From an uncultured Candidatus Saccharibacteria bacterium (GTDB lineage Bacteria > Patescibacteriota > Minisyncoccia > Phycocordibacterales > UBA918): a stretch of 64,000 nt of DNA. The translations under genes and the position numbers were made by a program. Below the pieces are notes generated by a model, which was given only the letters and a program-made list of their open reading frames with translations, had not been told where the DNA came from and made no database searches. The stretch is from the NCBI GenBank assembly GCA_964353135.1, contig CAYGTV010000001.1:309497-373496 (forward strand). Direction: 5' to 3'. The stretch's first letter is position 1; the number at the start of each line of letters is the position of its first letter. Positions 18,434-27,449 of the stretch are shown in pieces.

Positions 18434-20149
18434 TCACGAGTCCTGTGTACTGGATGCGGTAGCTTTAGCTGTTGTTTTCTCAAAGGCAGGGATCACAACA
18501 TCTGGTATGGTGGCTTGCTGCACGACGAGGTCCGAAGCAATCGCAACTGGGGTAGAAGTTGGGCGCAAATCGAGGTCTGCACTAACCTCTACTGTAGTGG
18601 TAGATACTACTGGGGTAGAGCTGGCAGTTGGTGTTGGAGGCTCGTCACCAACAGGCTTGGAATCTTGCTGTTCTAGATCGTCCTCATCCTGAAGACTGGT
18701 TGGGAGCGCTCTAGTTTCGCCTGTAGCATCTGGTTTAGGCAGCTCTGTAGGTAGCTCTCTTGGCAAGTGCTCTAGAGGGACAACTTCCCCGGTTATCAAG
18801 TCAAACCCCTTCATGACACTGTCACCATTTTGATACCGCGCTTCATATGTGACTAGCATACGAGGATTAACAACACTCACACCCTCTGTGTCAGCAATCA
18901 GGTTAAAGTTTTCAGTACTTATTTCGTATGTCATCAGAGACTGAGTGCCGTCGTTTGAACGGACATTCCAAATAATCATGTCGCCGTGAATGTGTGGTGC
19001 TATATCATGTTTTTGCGAAGTGGTTAGTTGCATCTCTGTTTCTCCATCAAACAGCACGATCTCCCAGTTATTTGTTACCCAGCGTTGCCAGACAGTATAA
19101 TCACCACTCCTGGTTGGTTCCATATTATTAACACGGGTATTTGTGAGCTGAACCTCCTTTCCTGAGTCGATATCGTACGACATAATCTGGTATCGGTCGT
19201 TGATTAAGCGATGCCAAACTATAGTGTTTGAACGTGAATCAAAGTACGGCGAAGCATCTTCCAACTCGTTGTCTGTAAGTTTTGACTCAACACCATTTTG
19301 AACTACATAGATTTCCATGTCACCGGTACTATCTGGAGCAGCAAATAATGCGTCATCAGGTAGATCATCCAGGTTCATCTTCTGACAATAGAAACTGCCA
19401 TCTGCTACTTCGGTACATTCATTGCGATTAAATGCGATGGCTTGATCAGAGTTCATAACGGTTATCTCTTGGACTACTCCTTGAACGTTAACCTCGTCTG
19501 TAGTGATCCCAGTATTATCAGTAGGCTGTAAATCTGGTTGCGGTTGAGCGTCGTCAGAAGTAGCAGAATTAGAATCAGTTTCAACCCCAGATTCTGTGCT
19601 GTCAACATCGTCTCCTGCCTCACCAGTGCCTGACTGACTAGCGGGCTCTTCTCCTGTTTGGCTGGTAGTTGTTGCAGTCGAAGAACTCACAACCTCACCT
19701 GTTGTAGTCTGCTCATTTTCAAACAGCTCGGTTGTTGTAGCGACCGCAGAAGAGTCGGCTAGATTGCTTTCATCTGTAGTATTTAAAATTTCCTCGGTCT
19801 CTATTGTGGTGTCTGACTGTACGTCTTCTTGAACATCATCAGGAACCTCGACCACCTCATCGTCCGCACTAGTGTTTATGGAGACGACCTCGGTAGTGCT
19901 TGGTACCGTGCTGACAGTTTCAGGTACTGGTTCCTGTGCATAGGCATTTGCAACCGGGTGCATAAGCAAACTGGTGCACAACATGAAAGCAGCGACCAGT
20001 GTCACCCTTGAAGTAAAGGTATATCGATACATCAACGAATTAACATACAGCTCTGAGTCAGAACCCGAGCTATTGCTTGTTGTTTTTGGAGGTCTGTATG
20101 TCGAATATACGTTGTAATATAAGGTTTTTTGAGTGCTTCTACGTTTCAT
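18434..20149 (-). CDS. Secreted TolB-like beta-propeller protein with acidic Thr-rich linkers
   Basis: Repeats MEIYV..KLTDN..DASP, YQIMSYD..QLTN..NNMEP, WEIVLFDG..QLT..DIAP. The true start may be ATG 20032 (MYRYTF). Confidence 0.75.
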   Translation of the reverse strand: MKRRSTQKTLYYNVYSTYRPPKTTSNSSGSDSELYVNSLMYRYTFTSRVTLVAAFMLCTSLLMHPVANAYAQEPVPETVSTVPSTTEVVSINTSADDEVVEVPDDVQEDVQSDTTIETEEILNTTDESNLADSSAVATTTELFENEQTTTGEVVSSSTATTTSQTGEEPASQSGTGEAGDDVDSTESGVETDSNSATSDDAQPQPDLQPTDNTGITTDEVNVQGVVQEITVMNSDQAIAFNRNECTEVADGSFYCQKMNLDDLPDDALFAAPDSTGDMEIYVVQNGVESKLTDNELEDASPYFDSRSNTIVWHRLINDRYQIMSYDIDSGKEVQLTNTRVNNMEPTRSGDYTVWQRWVTNNWEIVLFDGETEMQLTTSQKHDIAPHIHGDMIIWNVRSNDGTQSLMTYEISTENFNLIADTEGVSVVNPRMLVTYEARYQNGDSVMKGFDLITGEVVPLEHLPRELPTELPKPDATGETRALPTSLQDEDDLEQQDSKPVGDEPPTPTASSTPVVSTTTVEVSADLDLRPTSTPVAIASDLVVQQATIPDVVIPAFEKTTAKATASSTQDS

Positions 20150-20255
20150 TTGTTGGCTTGACTTCGTTCAGTCAAAAAGCCTGTTATTCCCATCACAATA
20201 TAATTTTATCAATCTTTCAAGAGGTTTGAAGGTGTTATCAACACAAACAAGGGCA

Positions 20256-21011
20256 TTATTGGAGGAAGAAATCTGCCAGAATTATTGAAAAATCTTTAAA
20301 CGTCATGCGTCCGTCATTATCAAAATCGAATAGTTGCGCTTGATTCTGCCAAGCCCCCATAAAAGCACTGATGTCTTGGAGGGTGACTTTTCCATCTTTG
20401 TTTAAGTCAGTAGTAATCCCGCTTGCTATTGCAACCCTAATTTCTTCAGGTGAGGTGTTTTCGTCAAAGTTAAATAGGCTTACTTTGTTTGCATCGTTTG
20501 TTGAAGGGGTAATTTTTTTACCTGTTCCATCACCCGCAACCAAGGTAATATCTTGTGAGCGGATCTCGTACTGTCCGGCTTTGAGAGCTCTAAATTTTAT
20601 AGATGCTACTGGATGCTTTCCTATAAAACCACGACGAAATGTTCCGCCGGTTAATTGTACGTAATCATTGGCAATAATCGGGTCTTCGGTCCATAAGGTT
20701 AGTACTGATGTACCACGGTCAACACTAAACACCTCGACTTTATCAGGTGGAAACACGACTGTAATATCTACAGCATTGACTGGCGCATGTGCCGACACGC
20801 CAACTTGTAGAGTTAAAATTTGACCAACTTCGACCGTGCGCACATCTGGAGTTAGATAAACGTAAGATTTACTTGTACTAGTTATAGTTGTGGCTCCTAA
20901 CAACAATACAGTTCCAAGCACAGCTGGAAACATATATTTAACTGTCGCAGACGACACGCGCTTGCTGCGGTAGACTTTAACTGTAGTAATAATCCAAGTA
21001 AAAGCGCTCAT
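20256..21011 (-). CDS. Cohesin-like plus dockerin-like fusion protein
   Basis: Cohesin-like VNAVDITVVFP...SVLTLWTEDP...LTGG. Twin Ca-loop dockerin DLNKDGKVTLQDIS / DFDNDGRMTFKDFS. Confidence 0.8.
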   Translation of the reverse strand: MSAFTWIITTVKVYRSKRVSSATVKYMFPAVLGTVLLLGATTITSTSKSYVYLTPDVRTVEVGQILTLQVGVSAHAPVNAVDITVVFPPDKVEVFSVDRGTSVLTLWTEDPIIANDYVQLTGGTFRRGFIGKHPVASIKFRALKAGQYEIRSQDITLVAGDGTGKKITPSTNDANKVSLFNFDENTSPEEIRVAIASGITTDLNKDGKVTLQDISAFMGAWQNQAQLFDFDNDGRMTFKDFSIILADFFLQ

Positions 21012-21014
21012 TGT

Positions 21015-21695
21015 TTACAAAGACGTTACCGTGTTCCTGATTTGCTCTGCCTGTAGACGTGAGAATGCTAGTGCTTCTCGTGTTTCATTCACGTTTGTTA
21101 ATATTGACAAAATTTCTTCTGAACTCGCGGACTTTCCTGCAATAAGAGCGTCGATGATATTCTTTTGTGCTAAGACTAGCTCAGCAAATAATTCACTCTG
21201 TTTTTGCTCTTCGGTCGCTAGTGCTCGCCACTGCTCTACCTTAGCCTTCTCAAACTCATCGCCAGCAGTTAGCGTGTTGAGCAGAGCAACTTGCTCTTCG
21301 TAAGCTTCAATTTCTCGATTAAACCGAGCAGACATGAGCGATTTACGATCTGAATAGAAACTTGCGCATGAACGGAATAGAACATCGAGCTCACGCAGCT
21401 CGGCTTGAGCAAGTCCACTATCAAGACGTCCAAGTAAACTATCAAACCGCATTCGTTCAGACATAGGACAGTCCCTAATAACGGATTCGGTCACACTATC
21501 AGCTCCATTACGTGCGATTGTTTCAGCAATCGTATTTAGAACTGCCTCTTGTTCTGCAACCTGTACCCGTGAAGCGCTTGTAAAAGAATCAACTCGCTCA
21601 GAGGCGATATACATCCCGAGCAAGATAGACAGAATTAGCAGTCCTGCAACAATGATAAAATTTTCACTTTTTTTGAGTACTGGGATATTAGTCAT
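21015..21695 (-). CDS. Hypothetical membrane-anchored helical/coiled-coil protein
   Basis: N-terminal TM, one Cys pair, heptad-like Glu/Ala/Leu-rich body. Confidence 0.7.
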   Translation of the reverse strand: MTNIPVLKKSENFIIVAGLLILSILLGMYIASERVDSFTSASRVQVAEQEAVLNTIAETIARNGADSVTESVIRDCPMSERMRFDSLLGRLDSGLAQAELRELDVLFRSCASFYSDRKSLMSARFNREIEAYEEQVALLNTLTAGDEFEKAKVEQWRALATEEQKQSELFAELVLAQKNIIDALIAGKSASSEEILSILTNVNETREALAFSRLQAEQIRNTVTSL

Positions 21696-21702
21696 AGGTA
21701 TA

Positions 21703-23481
21703 TTAGCTATCTTTGGTTAATGATGTGACGTCTTTGATTTCCTTCTCTACTGCCTTTTGTGAGGCTTCAAGTGAAGCACCAAACACTGCTAGTGTATCAG
21801 CTTCAGCTTTTGTAAGCTTGTTAGTTTTGCGTGATGCCATAAGCAGTGCTCGTTGTTCTGCAACTGTCTGGTGTAGTGAGGTGAATTCACGCTGCAGAAT
21901 AGTCAACGCTTCGTTTGATTCTACTCCTACCACACCTCTAAATCGACGGTATACAAATAGCATGTACCAGACACCAAACACCAACAATAGAGACAACAGT
22001 ATAAGAGGTACGATGACTGACATTGCATTTACAACTTGTGTTCCGATCCTAATGTAGCCAGGTTCTTGGACAGCGATCCGATACACCTCAGATATTTCTG
22101 ATTGGGCTCCAAACTGATCGGTTGCACGCGCTGATAATTCATATACCCCAGTATATAACGACCCATCGGGGATGAAGGTGAACGTTCCAATTTCGTCACT
22201 TACAGTCTCATATACGTTTTGCTCACTACCAACTCGATTAAAGAAAATTTGTACAGCGGAATTTGGTCTAGTTGAACCTGTAATTACTGGTACAACATTT
22301 ACACTCATGTCAGTTGGAACATCCACAAATACTGGTCGTTCAAAGGACTCAATTGTAAATGAGAAGGTCCCAATGACACTATTGCCAGCGCGATCAAATG
22401 CCTCTACGATCACTGTGTGATAGCCAGGTTCAAGAGCCTCGAGTGTATGCGTTGTTGCCCCAGCTTCGGGTACATACTCATAAGGCTCATTGGCATCAAC
22501 CTTGATTAAATACTTTTCGATACCAGAAGTTTCCTCATCAATTTCAAATTGCAGAGTTTTTGCTGGATTTGATGGATCCGAGCTAGTGGCCAAACTTATT
22601 TTAAAGTTTGTCGGCACTAGAGTATCTACCCCCAGTCGATAGTGCTGTACACCACCCCAACCGTCTGAGTTCTGGAATTGTAAATGGAAATACGACACCC
22701 CTTCCTCTAAATCAGCCAGAGTAATAGAGCTGATAGGGTTCTCATAAACGCGTGTTGGTATACTAGAAGGACTGCTGTTTAAAAGCGTACGCACTGAAGT
22801 GACACCAGCTGGCAGCGTCCACGATAGTTCTGCAGTAGTTTGGTTTGACCAACCATCTGGATTTGGGTGGGTTGTTGACTGAATGTTAGGTGTCGCAGGT
22901 GTATTTGCTGACGGCACATACTCTACAATTACTTCAGGTGCTGGAGCCTCTGTTGCCGCACTAACAGTATATGAACCACCATTCATAGAGGTGAGGATGT
23001 TAGTTCCTCTACCGTCATTAGCTAAAACGGAACCATTAGAAAAAGACACTTGTGATGCCCCAGCCCCTTTGGTTCTAAAAGTTACTGTCACAATTCGTCC
23101 AACTGAGCCTGCAAACCCACTTGGTACTCCGCCGCTAAACGTCACAGTTCCAGCTGAATTCGAAAAGGCCGGTTCAGCTGTCCAAAGATTAAAAATTGAG
23201 CTATTTCTATTGACTGCCACTACAGACAGTTGGTTTGGATTGAATTTAAGTGTACCCTCTGCAGCGTTAACCGACTCTCCGTTGGTGCGAATTTGTACAT
23301 CGACAGAAAATGTTGCTCCAGCTTGGTAGACACCAGTGCTTGGCGATACTTGCATGACCGCCGCTTGAGCAAAACCAACAAAGCACATCCACAGCGCTAG
23401 AACAAAAATGGTTTTAAACAATGTTTGTGGAGTAATAAAGCAAGATTTAGTCATGATGAATTTGGGTGTAATTAGCCTCAA
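21703..23481 (-). CDS. Cohesin-like, Ig-like, TM and cytoplasmic coiled-coil anchor protein
   Basis: VNAAEGTLKFNP...SIFNLWTAEP...FSGGVP...VLANDGRGT; AFDRAGN Ig module; TM; VEKEIKDV tail. Confidence 0.85.
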   Translation of the reverse strand: MRLITPKFIMTKSCFITPQTLFKTIFVLALWMCFVGFAQAAVMQVSPSTGVYQAGATFSVDVQIRTNGESVNAAEGTLKFNPNQLSVVAVNRNSSIFNLWTAEPAFSNSAGTVTFSGGVPSGFAGSVGRIVTVTFRTKGAGASQVSFSNGSVLANDGRGTNILTSMNGGSYTVSAATEAPAPEVIVEYVPSANTPATPNIQSTTHPNPDGWSNQTTAELSWTLPAGVTSVRTLLNSSPSSIPTRVYENPISSITLADLEEGVSYFHLQFQNSDGWGGVQHYRLGVDTLVPTNFKISLATSSDPSNPAKTLQFEIDEETSGIEKYLIKVDANEPYEYVPEAGATTHTLEALEPGYHTVIVEAFDRAGNSVIGTFSFTIESFERPVFVDVPTDMSVNVVPVITGSTRPNSAVQIFFNRVGSEQNVYETVSDEIGTFTFIPDGSLYTGVYELSARATDQFGAQSEISEVYRIAVQEPGYIRIGTQVVNAMSVIVPLILLSLLLVFGVWYMLFVYRRFRGVVGVESNEALTILQREFTSLHQTVAEQRALLMASRKTNKLTKAEADTLAVFGASLEASQKAVEKEIKDVTSLTKDS

Positions 23482-24481
23482 TTGCCTCTATCTCTGCCTG
23501 ACGTTTTAGGATTGATCGTCGGCGCACAATGAACCACGCACCAACTGCAGCCAGCAGCACCAACATTACAAATAGGACATATGATAAGAATTGTTCAAAC
23601 GAAAGTGTGCGTAGTTCAGCGTCTGGAACCAGAGTTGCAATGTATTCATTACCAGCTTTATCAATCGCACGTACACGGATGATGCTGTTGAGGGACTGAT
23701 CCTCAAGCACATATGGGCTTCTGGCCTCTACCCATGATACGTTTGCTCGACCCCAGATAAACGCGTCAAATTGAGTGAGGGATTCTTCCCGTACTTCATA
23801 GCGATCAATTCCTGTTTGCTTGTCAGTTGTAGTAAACGCTATGTAGTATTTACCAGCAAAGGCTAAGGCGTCCTTTTCCAACTGCAAGCTAAACGGCTGA
23901 GGTGGGACGGTATCAGCATCGATTTCTTCAGTCCATGGATCCTGGGTAATTGCTCCTAACTCTGGTAGAACTGTTATTTTGTTTGGAAACAATTCTAGGT
24001 CGGCTTCTGTTCCAAAACCGTCGTTTAGGTATGCTACGGTTTGCGAAGTAAATTGAACTGAGGCTTCGACAGTTTGACCGTCTTGTGCCAGTACAGAATC
24101 AGCCCTTATAATGACATCAAACAAGTTATTGGTCAGACGTGGATCACCTTCAATCCGTCCACAGTATCCATTTGGAATCCCACCGGCAAACGTGACCTGG
24201 GTTTTATCCTCGTTCAAAGCGGGTGTTTCAACCCAAATGCTAAAAATAGAGTCACCAAGCGACACATCGACAGGCTCAATCGGTCCACTAAAGGTTAAGA
24301 CCCCTTGGACAGCATTAACGCACTCCTCTAACTCTTCGTTTGTGTCTAGTCTAACACTTACCTTGAGGGCATCTCCGCGGGCAATTGTAGTTACACCCGG
24401 ATCAAGGTACAACGAGGCTGCTTGGCCGGCACTAGGAAAAAGTAAAACCAGAAGAAAAAATATCCCCACGGAACGTTTCAT
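23447..24481 (-). CDS. Cohesin-like, Ig-like and C-terminal TM protein
   Basis: VNAVQGVLTF...SIFSIWVETP...FAGGIPNG...YLNDGFGT; DKQTGIDRYEV; AIDKAGN; TM then RRR. Start taken at MKRSVG. Confidence 0.85.
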   Translation of the reverse strand: MKRSVGIFFLLVLLFPSAGQAASLYLDPGVTTIARGDALKVSVRLDTNEELEECVNAVQGVLTFSGPIEPVDVSLGDSIFSIWVETPALNEDKTQVTFAGGIPNGYCGRIEGDPRLTNNLFDVIIRADSVLAQDGQTVEASVQFTSQTVAYLNDGFGTEADLELFPNKITVLPELGAITQDPWTEEIDADTVPPQPFSLQLEKDALAFAGKYYIAFTTTDKQTGIDRYEVREESLTQFDAFIWGRANVSWVEARSPYVLEDQSLNSIIRVRAIDKAGNEYIATLVPDAELRTLSFEQFLSYVLFVMLVLLAAVGAWFIVRRRSILKRQAEIEAIEANYTQIHHD

Positions 24482-24489
24482 ATAAATGT

Positions 24490-24498
24490 AGTATATCA
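24490..24498 (-). promoter_or_regulatory. Extended -10 (TGaTATACT) 8 nt before ATG
   Basis: Minus strand ttgaTATACTacatttatATG. Confidence 0.45.
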
Positions 24499-24530
24499 AC
24501 CGATTTCAGTTGATACCGACTATATACACA

Positions 24531-24555
24531 AACAAAAAACCCACCTCGTGGTGGG
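24531..24555 (-). terminator. Rho-independent terminator of the 379-aa gene
   Basis: Minus strand cccacc-acga-ggtggg-ttttttgtt. Confidence 0.8.
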
Positions 24556-24603
24556 AGATAGGGTCTTTTGTGTTATAACTCCAAGCTTAGAGTCCAGTTT
24601 CGA

Positions 24604-25743
24604 TTAGAAAACTGGGGTTGCTACGTATGTCAGCGTAGCAGTGTAATCGTCAGCAGCTTCCTGAAGAGAAGTCACTTCGATTTTGTACAGCACCTCAGCA
24701 GTTCCTTCTCCAGGATTGGTCGCATCTGCTGGACCATCATGTCGAAAGACTTCTACTGGTGTAGTTGAGGCAGAAACAAAGTTTACTCCCCCACTGTACA
24801 GATCTGACAGACCAGCTGTCAGCGTATCATCACTAGATGTTAGTGCCCAGTGACCAGCTTCATTTTCAGCTCCAAGAGAACCACTAGGTGATGCCCAAGG
24901 TGCAGGTGTCGATGTAAAGTCACCGTCGGCGAATCCATCGATATCTGCTCCGTTTGAAGATGTTAGCTGTTGATCTGCAGCAACTGTTACAACAAAGCCG
25001 TTTGCGGCGTTAGTTGAAACTGTTAGTGATTGCGCTGCAGTTGTTGCGTTGTCTGCTACCAGTTCACCGAAAGGAATTTCAGTGGCTGTAGACGTTTTAC
25101 CAACTGGATCTGATCCAATGGTTGTCACATCACCTCCAGCAATACCAGATACCGTAAAGGTAAAGATGGTATCAACTGTGGCAGTGACGGTAACAGCGTC
25201 AACGATTGCTACTCGAGTTTCACCAGAGTCAACTGATCCCGCAGTAACATTGATTTCGTAAGAAATCCCGGCTGTTGCTGGATTAGTGATCTGGTTTACA
25301 CCACTATCAGCGTTTAGACCGATCTGGATGATAACTTCCTGTCCTGCTCCAACTGTACCTGTACCGGAGGTAAAGGTAATGCCGGTTGCAGAGGTTGTTG
25401 CTCCCCAGGTTGCACCAGACGGTGCAGCTGCCAGAGTTACATCTGACCCATTGATGTTGAGATCGAGATCTCCTTCATCTAGAGCAGCGATTCCTGTGAA
25501 AGCGGCATCAAACGTAAGTGTGATGGTTTCACCAGCAGCTACTCCGGTTGGAGTAACAAATTCGATTGTGTGATCTGACACAACACTCGGTGCTGAGTCA
25601 GTCAACGTGTTGCTAAAAGTAGTGACATTTGCCGCCTGCGCGAATTGCAGGGTTGGAAAGCCAAGTGACCACATAATGATCGCAAGACTTGCAACTAAGG
25701 CGGTTGCTTGGAGTACAGAGAACGCATAGTTATTGCGTGACAT
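24604..25743 (-). CDS. Secreted two-domain protein with C-terminal WxL/pilin-like domain; candidate major surface/fibre subunit A
   Basis: Signal peptide; Ala/Thr/Gly-rich beta protein; IPFGEL...AAQSLTVSTNAANGF; ends DDYTATLTYVATPVF; has its own promoter-like site, long leader and terminator. Confidence 0.85.
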   Translation of the reverse strand: MSRNNYAFSVLQATALVASLAIIMWSLGFPTLQFAQAANVTTFSNTLTDSAPSVVSDHTIEFVTPTGVAAGETITLTFDAAFTGIAALDEGDLDLNINGSDVTLAAAPSGATWGATTSATGITFTSGTGTVGAGQEVIIQIGLNADSGVNQITNPATAGISYEINVTAGSVDSGETRVAIVDAVTVTATVDTIFTFTVSGIAGGDVTTIGSDPVGKTSTATEIPFGELVADNATTAAQSLTVSTNAANGFVVTVAADQQLTSSNGADIDGFADGDFTSTPAPWASPSGSLGAENEAGHWALTSSDDTLTAGLSDLYSGGVNFVSASTTPVEVFRHDGPADATNPGEGTAEVLYKIEVTSLQEAADDYTATLTYVATPVF

Positions 25744-25961
25744 ATACTCTACGTTGTATTAGCTTACAGTGCCCTTTAGCGTGGTGTGCCTCAGGGATGC
25801 GCCATATTGCTACAGCACATTGTAGTTGAGTCTCCACACTCTATCTACAAAAGATCTACTGTAAACATACCCGCTCTGACACAGGCGGCTGACCTGTATG
25901 CGTACACAAAAAACTGCGTACACTCGGCAATTACTAACTGAATTACCTCCATTGCGGATAC
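25744..25961 (-). ncRNA. Candidate structured 5' leader (~218 nt)
   Basis: Several stems visible by eye between TACAAT (25968-25973) and ATG 25743; no family recognised. Confidence 0.4.
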
Positions 25962-25967
25962 TCTACC

Positions 25968-25992
25968 ATTGTACTCTGCTCGGCTAGCCGAG
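25968..25992 (-). promoter_or_regulatory. -10 box TACAAT plus perfect 14-bp palindrome ctcggctagccgag (25979-25992)
   Basis: Seen directly; an AT-rich tract lies upstream. Confidence 0.5.
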
Positions 25993-26271
25993 ATTTTGTT
26001 TATACACAAAAATAAAATTTTTTACCAAAATACACTCTCGCTACTGTTGAAATTTCCAAACTTTGGGTAGGAACTGGTAACAAGTGCTACAGCTAACCTA
26101 GCAAGTGAGTCACACAAAGCTGAACCTTTTGAGCTAAGTCCCACCTCGCTCTGCTTTCGTTTCGCTACAGATCGGGTGTTCTCACTTTCGTTCGAAACGG
26201 ATAAAACCTAGCGGACATCATCCATTACTTACTCAACCAACATGCCTGAAGTACAAACCTGAGCCCCACCT

Positions 26272-26351
26272 ATTTTCTTGCCTAGACGGCATAGAAAATT
26301 CTGGACTCTCGTCCAGAACGGCTAAAAAGCAAAGCCTTTTGCTTTTTAGCC
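26272..26351 (-). terminator. Three adjacent hairpins after the 366-aa dockerin gene
   Basis: 14-bp perfect stem ggctaaaaagcaaa/tttgctttttagcc (26320-26351, overlapping the stop codon); 8-bp stem ttctggac/gtccagaa (26299-26318); attttct-tgcc/ggca-t-agaaaat (26272-26299). Confidence 0.55.
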
Positions 26352-27446
26352 AGTCCAGTTAAAGAGTAGGATCGAGAAATCTTCTAGTCCTACATTCCCA
26401 TTTTGATTAATGTCAGCTGGCGGATCAGAATCGCCACCATTTGTTTGCCACCAAAAAATAAGGATTGAAAAGTCGATCAAGTTCACTGACCCATCTCGGT
26501 TCAAGTCAGACGGCTGGCTGGCAGAACCATCCACTCCAACAAACAACTGGAGGGTAGAGCTAAAATTACTTTCTGTAGTGAGCGGTGAGCGTCCGACGAC
26601 CGCTCGCGCTCGTAGTGTATGCTCTGCTACACTCAGAGTGGCTGTATTAAGCTGGTAAGACCACTGTCCATCGCCACCAGCAGTAACCACCTCCACCCGA
26701 GAACTGTTGTCGATATGCAACTCTACTCGTGCCCCAGCTGCTGCTTGTCCTGATACGGTAATAACATCTCCAGGATCAACCCTCTGGTTAACAACACTAA
26801 TAGTTGGAGGGATAATGATACCTGTAACATTCGTAATAGCTCCCTGAGTTACATCGAACGTGTTGTTGATGGTGATAGATCGGTTACCTCTACTGTCAGT
26901 TGTCCAAATACCCATGGTTGCAGTACCAGGATCTGCATCAACTGAGAATTGGAAATCACCATCATTGTCCGCTAAAACTGAACCGACTGAAACTGCATCA
27001 AGCAAAAAGTTTATACGACGACCAGGATAACCCTGACCGCGTACACTAATTAGAGTGTCACCCAACTCTGTGTTACTTCCCCCTCCTCCACCTGAACCAC
27101 CTCCGGAGGAACCACCTCCGCCTGAACCGGCTGGCTCAATGACACAGATCGCCGAACAAAAGTCTCCATCGTCGTTATTTCCGTCGTCGCACTGCTCACC
27201 AAATGCAGTCTGGAGAATACCATCACCACAATACGGACCAAAAAAGCATGACACATTACACTGTCGCCCCGCTATTGTCTGACTGTAGACCCCTGTCTCT
27301 CCAGGCACATCACAGTCTTCATTACCGTCAACAATACTATTGCCGCAGATGCTGAGTTCGAGAGTAGTTGTCGCAACCTGTTGCGCATCAGAAAAGGAAG
27401 GAATTACTATAGCGAATAGGCATAACAAAGCTAGTAAGAACCGCAT
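26346..27446 (-). CDS. Secreted protein with Myxococcus-type Cys-rich repeats (DUF4215-like), Gly linker, Ig-like domains and C-terminal dockerin
   Basis: CGNSIVDGNEDCD, CGDGILQTAFGEQCDDGN..GDFCSAIC, GSGGGGSSGGGSGGGGGS, DLNRDGSVNLIDFS / DINQNGNVGLEDFS. Confidence 0.85.
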   Translation of the reverse strand: MRFLLALLCLFAIVIPSFSDAQQVATTTLELSICGNSIVDGNEDCDVPGETGVYSQTIAGRQCNVSCFFGPYCGDGILQTAFGEQCDDGNNDDGDFCSAICVIEPAGSGGGGSSGGGSGGGGGSNTELGDTLISVRGQGYPGRRINFLLDAVSVGSVLADNDGDFQFSVDADPGTATMGIWTTDSRGNRSITINNTFDVTQGAITNVTGIIIPPTISVVNQRVDPGDVITVSGQAAAGARVELHIDNSSRVEVVTAGGDGQWSYQLNTATLSVAEHTLRARAVVGRSPLTTESNFSSTLQLFVGVDGSASQPSDLNRDGSVNLIDFSILIFWWQTNGGDSDPPADINQNGNVGLEDFSILLFNWTG

Positions 27447-27449
27447 AGA

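Noticed and set aside
26150-26230. Hammerhead ribozyme (GAUGA and CGAAAC-like segments on the minus strand)
   Set aside because: The core CUGAnGA is absent and the three stems could not be assembled
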